DNA of 64,000 nucleotides, from IMG/VR virus record IMGVR_UViG_3300031867_000002, positions 160,633-224,632 of that record; one strand, written 5' to 3'. The position numbers and the translations under genes are program-made. Source of the stretch: a virus. Its lineage: Duplodnaviria; Caudoviricetes. Each line of letters starts with the position of its first letter. Position 1 is the first letter of the stretch. Positions 9,283 to 19,585 of this stretch are shown one piece after another. The notes under the pieces are model-generated. The model was not told the origin of the DNA. It was given only the letters and a program-made list of their open reading frames with translations, and did not search any database.

Positions 9283-11886
9283 ATGAATCTTACTCATAAG
9301 GATATTATTGCTCGTCAACGCAATTTAATTACAGATACTTATGTATGTAATGCTTATTGTAATATTCCTCATTTATATGAAACTCTAACAAATGAGAATT
9401 ATTCATATAATAAAGCTAAGATGCTATTGGAAAACTGGCAAGCTTTAGATAATGATGAAGAAAAAGCATTATATAAAGTATTGGAAGTATTTGGATTGAT
9501 TGTTGATAATGATAATAGTTCTAATATTCAAAATGCAGCTAGTTTAATTGAAGGAAAGATTATTCCTAAACTACGTAATGCTAAACAGACAAGACAATTA
9601 AACAATTATAAACGAGGTTGGATTAAACATAGACATACAGCTATGCTTAATGATACTAAAGATAATGAAACTGCGGTTCAAAGAGCAAAATCAAATGGAG
9701 GATATTTAGGAAACTCTTTACATCCTCATAGAAAATATAAACGTGATATTTATGGGCGTAAAATGGGAGAAGCAAAAGGTAATTCTAGTGGTGGAGATGA
9801 AATGTCAGATTCTGGTGGAGATGACTTCGCAGCAGAAGAATGTTATAATAGATTTATCAAGGCTGCCTCTATAAATGAGCAATGTGATAGAGTTCTAAAC
9901 AATCATGCTAAACTATCTAAACGATTTGATTTAGAATCTAAAGTTCGTAGATGTCCTTTAAATGAATTATCATTGCAAAAATGTATATATGATATATGTA
10001 CTCTTATAGAAAGCTATGATATACCGTTTGGAGTTAAGTATAACATTGCTTTAGAGAATATTATGTATCTAATGGTTAAGAATTGTATTCCTATAAGTAA
10101 TTCATTTATTCTTGAAACTGTAACTGATTATTTTTTGATGGAAGAATCTACAGATGCTAGATTACATGATATGAAGTATATTCTCGAAAATGCTAAATTT
10201 TTTACAGAAGAAGATATCGAACCTGTATCTTATCTATTGGTAGATGAAGGTGCTATTATTGAAGCATTAGAAAATGATGATTTAGAATCTCTTGAAGAAA
10301 ATAAGATTCATGATATGTTCTTAAAGTGGAAAGAAAAGAGAGTTAAGACTAATAAAGAAAAAGATGAAGTTGATAAAATGAAAATCAAAAAGATTATTCA
10401 TGACTTCAAGAAAGAGCACAAAAAAGATATCAATAAGTTTAAAGATGCTATTAGTAGAATCTTTATACAAAGACCAGAAGCTATTATTCAAGAACTTCCA
10501 GATATTATGCAATTCGTAAGACTAGGTGTTGTATTAGGAGCTACTGCTATAAATCCTGTATTAGGTGTTATTACTCTTATTACAGACCTATTCTTAAAGA
10601 TGAAGATATCTAGAGAGCAAATGGCTAAGGTTGTTGAGCAATATGCTAAAGAAAGAGACAAGTATAAAAAACTTGCAGATGAAGCAGAAGATGAAAAGAA
10701 AAAAGAGAAGTATACTGCATTATATAAACAATATAAGAAAGATACAGATACACTTGAGATGAAAGAGAATGACCTATATACAGACGCAGAAAATGATAAG
10801 CGTATGGAAGAGAAATGGGCTAAAGAAGCTGAAGCATCTATGGGTGATGATGACTTTAATTTCGATTTTGATATGGACTTTGATTTTGAAGAGTCTGTTA
10901 AATATGTAGGTATGTTAGCTACACTATATGAACAATTAGACTTTACTAAAACAGAATTAATGTCTACTATAAATAATAATATTCATAGTATGTCTAATGA
11001 AGATATTTATAATATTACAGAAGCTGTTAAGTTATGTAATGAAGTATTTGATTGTCCTCGTTATATTAATATACTTGAAGATGAATTGCTTCGTTCTAGA
11101 CAATCTAATTCACATCTTATTGCTGTTCAAAGAGCTGATACTATTAAGACATGTATAAATGATATAGAAAAGATTAAATACGATAATCTATTAGAGGGTA
11201 CTTATGTAAATAATGATAACACGATTCCTCCAGTAGATATTATGTATGAACAACTCAAATGTAAACATGATATCATGAATGATACATTAGAACTTGTTAC
11301 CAGATATAAGAATTCAGCTATTAATGAATCTAAAGAAGGTTCTGGTATGTCATTTACTAGTAAACTTAAGATTGCTTCTGAAAATTTAAGACGTTCTGCA
11401 CTTCATCTTAAAGATAAAGATAAACAATTATCTATGAAGTTAGACAGTGAATTGAATCGTGTTATGAAATCTGCTAAGAAAGCTATGATTAGTGATAGTA
11501 GAGAGAATATTATTAAAGGTTCATTCCTACCATCTGCATCTAAATGTATTCATATTGCTCTTGCGTCTGGTGCGGCATATCTAATTAACCCAGTACTAGC
11601 AGTAATAGGTCTTATTGGATTTATAGGTTGTTCTAAAACAATTAACGAAAAAGAACGTAATCTAATTCTTGATGATATTGATATTGAGATTAAGATGTGT
11701 GATAAGTATCTTAAGATTGCAGAAGATAAAGAGGATTTAACTGCAGTAAGAGAAATCATGAAAACTAAACGTGACCTTGAAAGACAACGCTCTAGAATTC
11801 TTTATAATAAGAATTATATATTTAAGAATAAGAAACAATATGATATGCCTGATAAGATTGGTAAAAAGATGAGCGATGATGATTAA
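9283..11886 (+). CDS. Large putative virion/head protein with two hydrophobic hairpins
   Basis: 867 aa; promoter AACT tttata TAA (9242-9254); two similar hydrophobic segments (GATAINPVLGVITLI and AAYLINPVLAVIGLIG); acidic DFDFEES linker. Confidence 0.6.
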   Translation: MNLTHKDIIARQRNLITDTYVCNAYCNIPHLYETLTNENYSYNKAKMLLENWQALDNDEEKALYKVLEVFGLIVDNDNSSNIQNAASLIEGKIIPKLRNAKQTRQLNNYKRGWIKHRHTAMLNDTKDNETAVQRAKSNGGYLGNSLHPHRKYKRDIYGRKMGEAKGNSSGGDEMSDSGGDDFAAEECYNRFIKAASINEQCDRVLNNHAKLSKRFDLESKVRRCPLNELSLQKCIYDICTLIESYDIPFGVKYNIALENIMYLMVKNCIPISNSFILETVTDYFLMEESTDARLHDMKYILENAKFFTEEDIEPVSYLLVDEGAIIEALENDDLESLEENKIHDMFLKWKEKRVKTNKEKDEVDKMKIKKIIHDFKKEHKKDINKFKDAISRIFIQRPEAIIQELPDIMQFVRLGVVLGATAINPVLGVITLITDLFLKMKISREQMAKVVEQYAKERDKYKKLADEAEDEKKKEKYTALYKQYKKDTDTLEMKENDLYTDAENDKRMEEKWAKEAEASMGDDDFNFDFDMDFDFEESVKYVGMLATLYEQLDFTKTELMSTINNNIHSMSNEDIYNITEAVKLCNEVFDCPRYINILEDELLRSRQSNSHLIAVQRADTIKTCINDIEKIKYDNLLEGTYVNNDNTIPPVDIMYEQLKCKHDIMNDTLELVTRYKNSAINESKEGSGMSFTSKLKIASENLRRSALHLKDKDKQLSMKLDSELNRVMKSAKKAMISDSRENIIKGSFLPSASKCIHIALASGAAYLINPVLAVIGLIGFIGCSKTINEKERNLILDDIDIEIKMCDKYLKIAEDKEDLTAVREIMKTKRDLERQRSRILYNKNYIFKNKKQYDMPDKIGKKMSDDD

Positions 11887-11899
11887 TGGAGGTGACATT

Positions 11900-12937
11900 A
11901 TGGACTATGGAGATAAATTAAAAGATATATTACGTAGAGTAATAACTGAAGCTGATGAAGAAGATGATGTAGGCGCTGGAGAATCTGATAACTTCATGGA
12001 TGATGACTCTGGTGGCGATGACATGGGAGGAGACGAAGATGTAGGTGCTGGAGAATCTGATAACTTCATGGATGATGACTCTGGTGGCGATGACATGGGA
12101 GGAGACGAAGATGTAGGTGCTGGAGAATCTGATAACTTCATGGATGACGACTCTGGTGGCGATGACATGGGAGGAGACGAAGATGTAGGTGCTGGAGAAT
12201 CTGATAACTTCATGGATGACGACTCTGGTGGCGATGACATGGGAGGAGACGACTCTGGCAGCGATGACATGGGAGAAGACGACATAGGAGAAGGTGAGTC
12301 AGATAACTTCATGGATGATGAAGGTGGAGGAGACGACTCTGGTGGAGAAGAAGGCGGAGATGAATCTACTGAAGATACTGGTGAAGAAGGAGATGAATCT
12401 TCTGAAGAAGGTGGAGAAGAAGGAGAAGAGTATGACCTTAATAAGATAGAAGAAGAGCTATTCTCTTCACTTACTCCAGAACAAATCGCTATTAAAAATC
12501 ATGAACTAAAAAATCAGTTTATTGAAGTGTATTCTATTATTGGCTCTACATTGGTTCGTATTAATGATATTCCTAAATCAAATGACAATATTAATATCCT
12601 TAAATTTATAACAGAAAAATTATTAGAACTTAGAGAGATGATTGATTATAATATTACAGTAGCTTATTCTACTAGAACTTATATTGAAAACAATATTATC
12701 TATCAACAATGTATTGCTACTTTAAATGCTATTGCAGATATTATTGATAATATTCCTAATGTAAATGGTGGAGAAAGTAATGCTGAAGCTGAAGAAAATG
12801 GAGAAGAAGATTTAGGTGAACCAGTAGAACCTGATGAATCTGAAGAAACCAATACACTTGATGTATCGGATAGTAGTATGTCTGATTATCAAGAAGAATC
12901 AGTTAATTATAATAGCGATTATAATACCCTGTTTTAA
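11900..12937 (+). CDS. Highly acidic repeat protein upstream of the capsid gene (scaffold/core candidate)
   Basis: GGAGGTG RBS with ATG at 11900; D/E/G-rich 24-aa repeats followed by a helical domain. Confidence 0.65.
   Translation: MDYGDKLKDILRRVITEADEEDDVGAGESDNFMDDDSGGDDMGGDEDVGAGESDNFMDDDSGGDDMGGDEDVGAGESDNFMDDDSGGDDMGGDEDVGAGESDNFMDDDSGGDDMGGDDSGSDDMGEDDIGEGESDNFMDDEGGGDDSGGEEGGDESTEDTGEEGDESSEEGGEEGEEYDLNKIEEELFSSLTPEQIAIKNHELKNQFIEVYSIIGSTLVRINDIPKSNDNINILKFITEKLLELREMIDYNITVAYSTRTYIENNIIYQQCIATLNAIADIIDNIPNVNGGESNAEAEENGEEDLGEPVEPDESEETNTLDVSDSSMSDYQEESVNYNSDYNTLF
11966..12320 (+). repeat. 72-bp in-frame tandem repeat, 4 near-identical copies plus a degenerate fifth
   Basis: Units start at 11966, 12038, 12110 and 12182, encoding DVGAGESDNFMDDDSGGDDMGGDE. 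Confidence 0.95.
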
Positions 12938-13074
12938 TTTCATCACGGATATTCATAACAATATAATAAAAATAGTAAGGTAATAATGTTGTATTACCTT
13001 TGACTATTACCAATAACAGCAATACCTATCTATATCAATTTATAAAAAATTCAAATAAAAAGGAGGATACTAAT

Positions 13075-15117
13075 ATGCCAGTAGTTGGTGAAACCCTCGT
13101 TCGCAAGCCTGGTTCAAATGGTTATTCCCATGACCCTATGGCTGGTATGGCGAAAGAGTTCCTGAACCTCTCCAATTCTATTTTGGAAGAAGGTAGACTT
13201 GACATTTATACTGAACCTTCTAAGGTTTTTAGAAGAGATATTACAGATTCCGCAATGAAGAGCTTCTTTATTGAAAATTCCGCAGACCCTAAGGGAATGA
13301 CAGCAGAAGAATATGAAGACCACATTGCAATGATGGAACAGCTTTATGAAAATGATAAAAAAGCAGTTCTTGAACATTCTGGTATGGGTCAGTTTAACCC
13401 TGTAATTGGTATGACTTTCCCAATTCATAAGAATATCATGCTTAACAATATCTTTGATAAAGGTGCTATTCCGAAGCTTGTTGCAACATCTCCTAATTTT
13501 ACAGTATCAATGGAAACAAGATGGCTCATTGACCCTGAAACAAATGAGAAGATTGATATGTGGAGAGAACAATATAAGATGACTGATGCAATCGAAAAGG
13601 CTGCACCTATGAAATCTCTTTATTTACCTCTTCCTGAAGCTGAGAATACTAACATTATCGAGACTCTATTTGGTGTTCCTGCTGACCACAACACAAACCT
13701 TTCTATTGAGTCCTATATCTCTGGTCTCGTAGGTAGCAGAGTTGTATATCCTGGTCAGACAGTTAACCTGGTTGTTGAGCAGTCTGATGCATCTACCACA
13801 CCCGCAACTGTTACATATGTAACCGTTAAGTATACTAATACTACTACTTCTGCTCACGTACTTCCTACTCCTACTGGTGCTACTGCACCTGCTGACCTTG
13901 CAACTCAACTTCCTACTGTTGACGCTTCTGTAACTCAGACTGTTATCGGCACTGTATTTGACTGGAAGGGTAATTTCGTTCCTGCATATGGTACTTATGA
14001 CCGTCAGATTTGTGAACAGTTCGCACTTCCTATGGTAACTTCTGTTGCTGCTGGTACTCTTGCTGATACTTGGGCACTGACTGTTACTCTTGCAAACGGT
14101 TCTACTGTAGTTATCGACAATACTACTTCTGAAAATGCAATTCCTGGTCAGTACAGAACTGTTGGTTTCGTATCTGGTTTCTCTAAGGATAACAGATTTG
14201 GTCTTACAACTTCCAACACAAATGTACTAGGTGTTCTTCTTACATCTAGACTTGATACTTCTTCCGCTATGCTCAAGACTCCTAGTGTTTCTTGGTCTAT
14301 CAGAACAGACATTATTGAAATTCCTAATAGAATTCCGATTAATGTAACTATTTCTCCTGAAGAAGTTAAGGATATTGCAGCACTTTATCAGATTAACCAG
14401 CTTACTAAGGTTATGTCTCTGATGAAGATTTCTCTTGCTAACTATAAAGATGACCTGATTCGTAGATTCCTTGACGAATCCTTCCTCAATATGCCTGGTG
14501 ATTGCAAGATTGCTAGACAGTTTGACTTTGCTCCATCTCAGAACTATGCACTCGACCCAATCGAGTGGAGATACAAGACATTTATGGATAGTCTTGATAC
14601 TCATGCTACTCAGTTGCTGCACGTTCTGAATGACCCGAACGTTACATTCAATATCATTGGTCGTGATGACCTGATTAGAAAGATTACTCCTACAGATTAC
14701 ACATATCAGTCTCCTTCTAGCATTGGTCCTGTAGAACTTGACTTTGTTAAGACTGTTGTTACATCTGATAAGAGAACATATCAGTTCATTAGTTCTGATA
14801 AACTTCGTGATAGTAATAACCTGATGATTATTCTCTGTCCTAGAAACTCTGAACGTTTCATCTACAGAATTTATGATTATCAAATGTATCTATCTAACGA
14901 AATCAGAAATATTACTAATCCAGCTCTTCCTGCAGTACATGCATTTGAAAGATGGATTGCTAAGGAATATCAGCCAGTTCAGGGACGTATCAGAATCCTG
15001 AATCCTACTGGTCTCCGCAACTATGGTACTGACTATAGCTATAACAATGACCCAACTGGTCGTGGTGATGGTGTACGTAGTATCGGTAAGAATGATTTCG
15101 ATATTGACGCTATCTAA
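13075..15117 (+). CDS. Major capsid protein precursor
   Basis: 680 aa from ATG 13075 (AAAAGGAGG RBS), strongly biased codon usage, own hairpin leader and terminator (15151-15184). N-terminal propeptide-like region ends near VLE-H. Size and position fit AR9/phiKZ-type capsid proteins. Confidence 0.7.
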   Translation: MPVVGETLVRKPGSNGYSHDPMAGMAKEFLNLSNSILEEGRLDIYTEPSKVFRRDITDSAMKSFFIENSADPKGMTAEEYEDHIAMMEQLYENDKKAVLEHSGMGQFNPVIGMTFPIHKNIMLNNIFDKGAIPKLVATSPNFTVSMETRWLIDPETNEKIDMWREQYKMTDAIEKAAPMKSLYLPLPEAENTNIIETLFGVPADHNTNLSIESYISGLVGSRVVYPGQTVNLVVEQSDASTTPATVTYVTVKYTNTTTSAHVLPTPTGATAPADLATQLPTVDASVTQTVIGTVFDWKGNFVPAYGTYDRQICEQFALPMVTSVAAGTLADTWALTVTLANGSTVVIDNTTSENAIPGQYRTVGFVSGFSKDNRFGLTTSNTNVLGVLLTSRLDTSSAMLKTPSVSWSIRTDIIEIPNRIPINVTISPEEVKDIAALYQINQLTKVMSLMKISLANYKDDLIRRFLDESFLNMPGDCKIARQFDFAPSQNYALDPIEWRYKTFMDSLDTHATQLLHVLNDPNVTFNIIGRDDLIRKITPTDYTYQSPSSIGPVELDFVKTVVTSDKRTYQFISSDKLRDSNNLMIILCPRNSERFIYRIYDYQMYLSNEIRNITNPALPAVHAFERWIAKEYQPVQGRIRILNPTGLRNYGTDYSYNNDPTGRGDGVRSIGKNDFDIDAI

Positions 15118-15211
15118 TGATTGATTAATTATATAACTTAAGGTCTTTCAACGCCTAGTGTCTTCTTAGGCACTAGGCGTTTTTGAAGTTAATGAAAGGA
15201 GGATATACCGT

Positions 15212-16420
15212 ATGATTCGTCAAATCAATTATGATTTTACTGGCATTGAATATGCTTGTGCTACTATCATTGATTCAGATGGAAGAAAAGGCTTAGACCA
15301 ATTAAAAAAAGAATTAAACAATTTCTTTAAAGACTCTAATTGTAAAGAGATTATCTTTACTCGTTCCGATTCTTTATTCTTTGGTATGTGTGTATATCCA
15401 CAAGTAGATAAAGAGATGGTTACAGCTATTCTTCAAGATGATAAGAAAGTTCGTTTTAACCAATATACTATTGAAATTGATTCTAAGATTCTACATCCAG
15501 CTTTACAGATTACTCCTAGAGAATTTACAGCAATGATTCTACATGAGGTTGGTCATATTGTTAATGACCCAGAACCAGTAGATGAAGTTAGAAAAGTTAT
15601 TGCATTACAACTTACTAAGAATGGAGATAGTTTAAATATTCCTAAGACTGCACAATACTATACTATCATTAGTTATGGTATTAAAGATACTGTACGTAAG
15701 ATGACATCTATGTTTTTTGTATATAAAAATGGTGAAGTATTAGCAGATGAGTTTGTACACATGTGTGGTTATGGAGAAGATTTAAATTCTATCTTTGATA
15801 AGATTTGTAAATCTGGTATGAAGATTAATGATGGTAGTGTTAATAAACTTACATCATTAGCATGGTCGCTATCTGTATATAAAGAACTCAAGATAAAAAG
15901 GATTCCAGCGTTAAGACTTCTAAAGAAAATGAAAGGTATTTCTGGTTCTGAAGTTGAAAAACGTGAAATGGAAATCATGATGAATGCTATTAGTACAATT
16001 GATGATGCTAATATAAACGAGTGTTGTGATTATACAAATAGAGAATTATACTATGTATTTAATGAAGCTAAAACAGAAGTAAAACAGAGTAAGTATGCAG
16101 AGCTAAGAAAACAGACTGCTATAAAAAATATACGCAAGTTTGAACAAGACTTATATGAATACAAAATGCGTATTCGTCATGTCGCAGACGAAGATGATGC
16201 ATATTATCTAATGCGTATGATTAATACACGTATCTCTGTAATCGAAGACTTCTTAGACCATGAACGTTTAAGTGAACAAGAACATAAACGTTGGTGGGGA
16301 TTATTAGAGAAATACTATTCTCTGAGAGAAGAACTTGCTAACGTAACTACATATCGTTATGATTATAGCGATAGTCTTATTGTAGTTAAGTATCCTGAGA
16401 TTAAACCTGGACGTATGTAA
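15212..16420 (+). CDS. Zincin-like metallopeptidase (HExxH), probably virion-associated
   Basis: AMILHEVGH plus downstream EVLADEF third-ligand motif. Confidence 0.7.
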   Translation: MIRQINYDFTGIEYACATIIDSDGRKGLDQLKKELNNFFKDSNCKEIIFTRSDSLFFGMCVYPQVDKEMVTAILQDDKKVRFNQYTIEIDSKILHPALQITPREFTAMILHEVGHIVNDPEPVDEVRKVIALQLTKNGDSLNIPKTAQYYTIISYGIKDTVRKMTSMFFVYKNGEVLADEFVHMCGYGEDLNSIFDKICKSGMKINDGSVNKLTSLAWSLSVYKELKIKRIPALRLLKKMKGISGSEVEKREMEIMMNAISTIDDANINECCDYTNRELYYVFNEAKTEVKQSKYAELRKQTAIKNIRKFEQDLYEYKMRIRHVADEDDAYYLMRMINTRISVIEDFLDHERLSEQEHKRWWGLLEKYYSLREELANVTTYRYDYSDSLIVVKYPEIKPGRM

Positions 16421-16427
16421 TATAAAA

Positions 16428-16456
16428 AAGAACGGGACTATAAAAGTCCCGTTCTT
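16428..16456. terminator. Bidirectional terminator
   Basis: AAGAACGGGACT/AGTCCCGTTCTT stem between convergent genes. Confidence 0.75.
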
Positions 16457-16462
16457 ATATTG

Positions 16463-16852
16463 TCAATTCTTCAACAAATGTTTAGTGGTAAAATTAGCTA
16501 TAGGACCAAACATTGGAATCATTTCAAGGTTCTTTATCACTAGTGCTTCATTAGGATGCAATGCAAACCAATTTTGCATTGCATCATTTATCACCTTATT
16601 AAATGATTTGAAGCTTTCTGATTCTCTGATATCTGCTGGAGGAGTATTTCCGCTAGCTATATCATTCAAAGCGCAAAACTCTCCAATAGCTATAACTAAT
16701 TTAAAATCAAAGACTCCCATCCTAATCAAATTAGCAGTATAAACTGTCAATTCCTCTAAAATGTCGAAATCAAAATGAGGGTCATAGGAATATTCCTTGA
16801 CCACATAGTCATTGATTTCCTGAATCTTCTGATAAATGTTGTTGTTTTCCAT
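16463..16852 (-). CDS. Hypothetical early protein
   Basis: 129 aa with AAAAGGAG RBS. Confidence 0.7.
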   Translation of the reverse strand: MENNNIYQKIQEINDYVVKEYSYDPHFDFDILEELTVYTANLIRMGVFDFKLVIAIGEFCALNDIASGNTPPADIRESESFKSFNKVINDAMQNWFALHPNEALVIKNLEMIPMFGPIANFTTKHLLKN

Positions 16853-16921
16853 AATAATTTCTCCTTTTCATTTTTCAAATTTAAAAGAACGGGTTAATAA
16901 ATAACCAGTTCTTTGTTTACA

Positions 16922-17305
16922 TTATGTGCGTGGCGGAAACTGATAGTACTGCTGCTGAAATACAGTCTGATTCTGCATAGCATTCTGCCAAGCTGGAAGT
17001 GCTTGATTCAGAAAATCCCTAAGGTCTTCCAAATTCTGTACAGAAGAAGTGCCGTTAGTTGTAGTTGTAACCACATTATTAACGACATTGATAATCTCCT
17101 GAATATCATCATCACAAGAATCAGATTTTTCTGTAATAGCATTCCTAATTTTTTCAATCTGAACTTTAGCAGCATTTGCACTGATTGGATTACTTTCAAG
17201 TTCTTGAGGGAGATTATTAATATTCAATCCCTCACAATCCATATATGCAACAACTGTCGCAATAGCTCTCTGCATAGCCTCTGCTTTTTCAATTCTTGTA
17301 CTCAT
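16922..17305 (-). CDS. Hypothetical early protein
   Basis: 127 aa with AAAAGGAG RBS; early-type promoter variant at 17367-17383. Confidence 0.7.
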   Translation of the reverse strand: MSTRIEKAEAMQRAIATVVAYMDCEGLNINNLPQELESNPISANAAKVQIEKIRNAITEKSDSCDDDIQEIINVVNNVVTTTTNGTSSVQNLEDLRDFLNQALPAWQNAMQNQTVFQQQYYQFPPRT

Positions 17306-17391
17306 AAAACATTCTCCTTTTCATTATGAAATAAATTTTGGAGGCAGCTAATGCTACCTCCTCATACACCTATATTATATACAAGTATAGT

Positions 17392-17748
17392 TTATTTTAA
17401 TAAACCTAAAACATCATTAGGTTTATCATCTAATTTTGAATTAGGAATAACATAATCTTCGATAATTATTGATAAGTCTACATTCATCAAATCATTTATA
17501 GTAATTGGCTCATTTTTAATCCTATCAATCTCTTCAACTACACTTCTATAATATAAATCAGGTACATCTGGATATTCTAAGTCAGGCTTCTTACAACGCA
17601 GATTCATTTTCTTTTTAGCACGTGCTTTGTAAACTTCATCGATATCAAGAAATTTATCTGTTTTGAATATATTCGGTGATGTATTTGACTGGATATGTTT
17701 AAGATAATTCTTATACCATAATTCAATCATTTCATATATCTTTATCAT
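17392..17748 (-). CDS. Hypothetical protein
   Basis: Likely start ATG 17748 (MIKIYEM...) behind a GAGGAGG RBS. Confidence 0.6.
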   Translation of the reverse strand: MIKIYEMIELWYKNYLKHIQSNTSPNIFKTDKFLDIDEVYKARAKKKMNLRCKKPDLEYPDVPDLYYRSVVEEIDRIKNEPITINDLMNVDLSIIIEDYVIPNSKLDDKPNDVLGLLK

Positions 17749-17983
17749 CTTTTTCATCCTCCTCATGCAATCCAATACTATCAAAGAAACTTTTACGACA
17801 TCTATCATTAAAGTCCTTTACTGTACCACCTGAATACTCATATTTCCTCAAATCAAAATCATCATCATGTTGTTTATCATGATTACGTTCTTCTTTATTA
17901 TCTCTATATACTATAATACCAAGTATAATTACACATAATCCAAGTACTATAGCCGCTGAGCACCATATATCTATAAATTTCAT
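17732..17983 (-). CDS. Small single-pass membrane protein
   Basis: N-terminal hydrophobic stretch WCSAAIVLGLCVIILGIIVY, acidic tail, GGAGGAG RBS. Confidence 0.65.
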   Translation of the reverse strand: MKFIDIWCSAAIVLGLCVIILGIIVYRDNKEERNHDKQHDDDFDLRKYEYSGGTVKDFNDRCRKSFFDSIGLHEEDEKDDKDI

Positions 17984-18825
17984 TTATATCTCCTCCATAT
18001 ATCTTTTACACATTTATTCGTAAGCTTGACTCCATAATTATTTAGCACAAGAATATTATCCTGTAATCTAAATATATCAATATGCAACATAGAATAATTA
18101 GAAGATATTATATAACTCTCATCATCATAAATAGATTTAATATACTTCATAGATTCTAGTGCTTTACCTGTTATAAACTGACAAAAATTATACAACACAG
18201 TTCCAGATACATTATACATAGTAATATGTTTATATTCAGATTCTTTAATGTTTCTAGATGTAAAACCATTACTTTCACATTGACTAAATGTCATATCAAT
18301 TTGGAATCTATCATTTTTATATTTTTCATGATACGACATCATCTCATCTAAATCTTTGAATTGCTTGTAAACTTTACCTCCTTCAACATTAGAATCTATA
18401 TAATAAGGATATACATTAACTGGTGTATAGTCATCTATTACTGTTCGTTCCGTAGCAATAATAGGTGGTAATTTACATTCAACATTTTTATATCCTCCAT
18501 TTTTAATATATCTATCGATTCCTTTAATAGCATCGTCTACAGACAACTGGAGTTCTTCATCTGGATTCATTGGCTTTGGTTCTAGACATATCTCTCTATC
18601 TCTAGAAGAAAAGAAATCTTGAAGGTCATTAAATGCTTCTTCAAAACTATGAATATTTAAATATCTAGATTCTCTAAGTTTTTGAAGTAATATATCATAA
18701 TTTATATCTTCAGAATCAGGATTTGTTTTACGTCTAGCATAATTCATAGTTTTGATATTTGCATCTAGCCATAGAATTAATTCAGCTATATCACAGTATC
18801 CATTAATTTGTTTTTCAATATACAT
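17980..18825 (-). CDS. Hypothetical protein
   Basis: 281 aa with AAGGAGG RBS, in operon. Confidence 0.7.
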   Translation of the reverse strand: MYIEKQINGYCDIAELILWLDANIKTMNYARRKTNPDSEDINYDILLQKLRESRYLNIHSFEEAFNDLQDFFSSRDREICLEPKPMNPDEELQLSVDDAIKGIDRYIKNGGYKNVECKLPPIIATERTVIDDYTPVNVYPYYIDSNVEGGKVYKQFKDLDEMMSYHEKYKNDRFQIDMTFSQCESNGFTSRNIKESEYKHITMYNVSGTVLYNFCQFITGKALESMKYIKSIYDDESYIISSNYSMLHIDIFRLQDNILVLNNYGVKLTNKCVKDIWRRYK

Positions 18826-18837
18826 ATCGATTCCTCC

Positions 18838-19545
18838 TTAATCATCAAAGAATGCTGACTTGTTACTCTTATTAAACGTTCTACCGATACTACCTGATAC
18901 AGTACTGTTATCTTTCAACGGTGCAGAATTAGCTTGGCCAGATGACGTAAAGTCTGTTCTATTAATAGGAGTATTCATCAACATCATAAACGATAATGAT
19001 GTGTTTGCATAATTCAGCATATCAAAATTTTTTAGCACATAGTACATTCCTAGGAATGTACTATGTGATATTTGAACTGGATTTGTAGTATTAAGATACA
19101 AGTCTATACATTTCATATCACCCATTTCTGTTTTTATTACACCTGGCATAAACTTAACTACTTTATCCATTGGTAATCTCATATAAATGAATTCATCATA
19201 ATTAACTACAGCAAGTGAATTATCCATGAAACCATATATTCCATAGTTATCACTTTCAATCCAGTTAAGTCTTATATGCTCAAAATATTTTAACAATTCA
19301 AACATGTGTTCAGGATAGATGTTAATTTTCTCTAATTTATCACGTCTATCCTCAAAGAACAGATAATAAGTTAATACACGCTTTATCATAGTATTACTTT
19401 CTGTCTTTCCATTTATCTTATACTCATTATAATTAGAGTAAGTTCTAGAACCATTATTATATGAAGCTGTTGTATGAAACATTAGTCTAACTTCATCAGA
19501 TAACTGGTATACCATATCATTCATATAACAATAATCTGTTTGCAT
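18838..19545 (-). CDS. Hypothetical protein (disordered tail ending FFDD; possible ssDNA-binding protein)
   Basis: 235 aa; promoter AACT actaag TAA (19560-19572); adjacent to the helicase. The function is a guess. Confidence 0.5.
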   Translation of the reverse strand: MQTDYCYMNDMVYQLSDEVRLMFHTTASYNNGSRTYSNYNEYKINGKTESNTMIKRVLTYYLFFEDRRDKLEKINIYPEHMFELLKYFEHIRLNWIESDNYGIYGFMDNSLAVVNYDEFIYMRLPMDKVVKFMPGVIKTEMGDMKCIDLYLNTTNPVQISHSTFLGMYYVLKNFDMLNYANTSLSFMMLMNTPINRTDFTSSGQANSAPLKDNSTVSGSIGRTFNKSNKSAFFDD

Positions 19546-19585
19546 CTATCTCACCACCTTTACTTAGTAGTTTTTCATTGTGTTA

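Noticed and set aside
11966-12320. Possible CRISPR array
   Set aside because: Repeats are contiguous, in frame and have no unique spacers; this is a coding tandem repeat.
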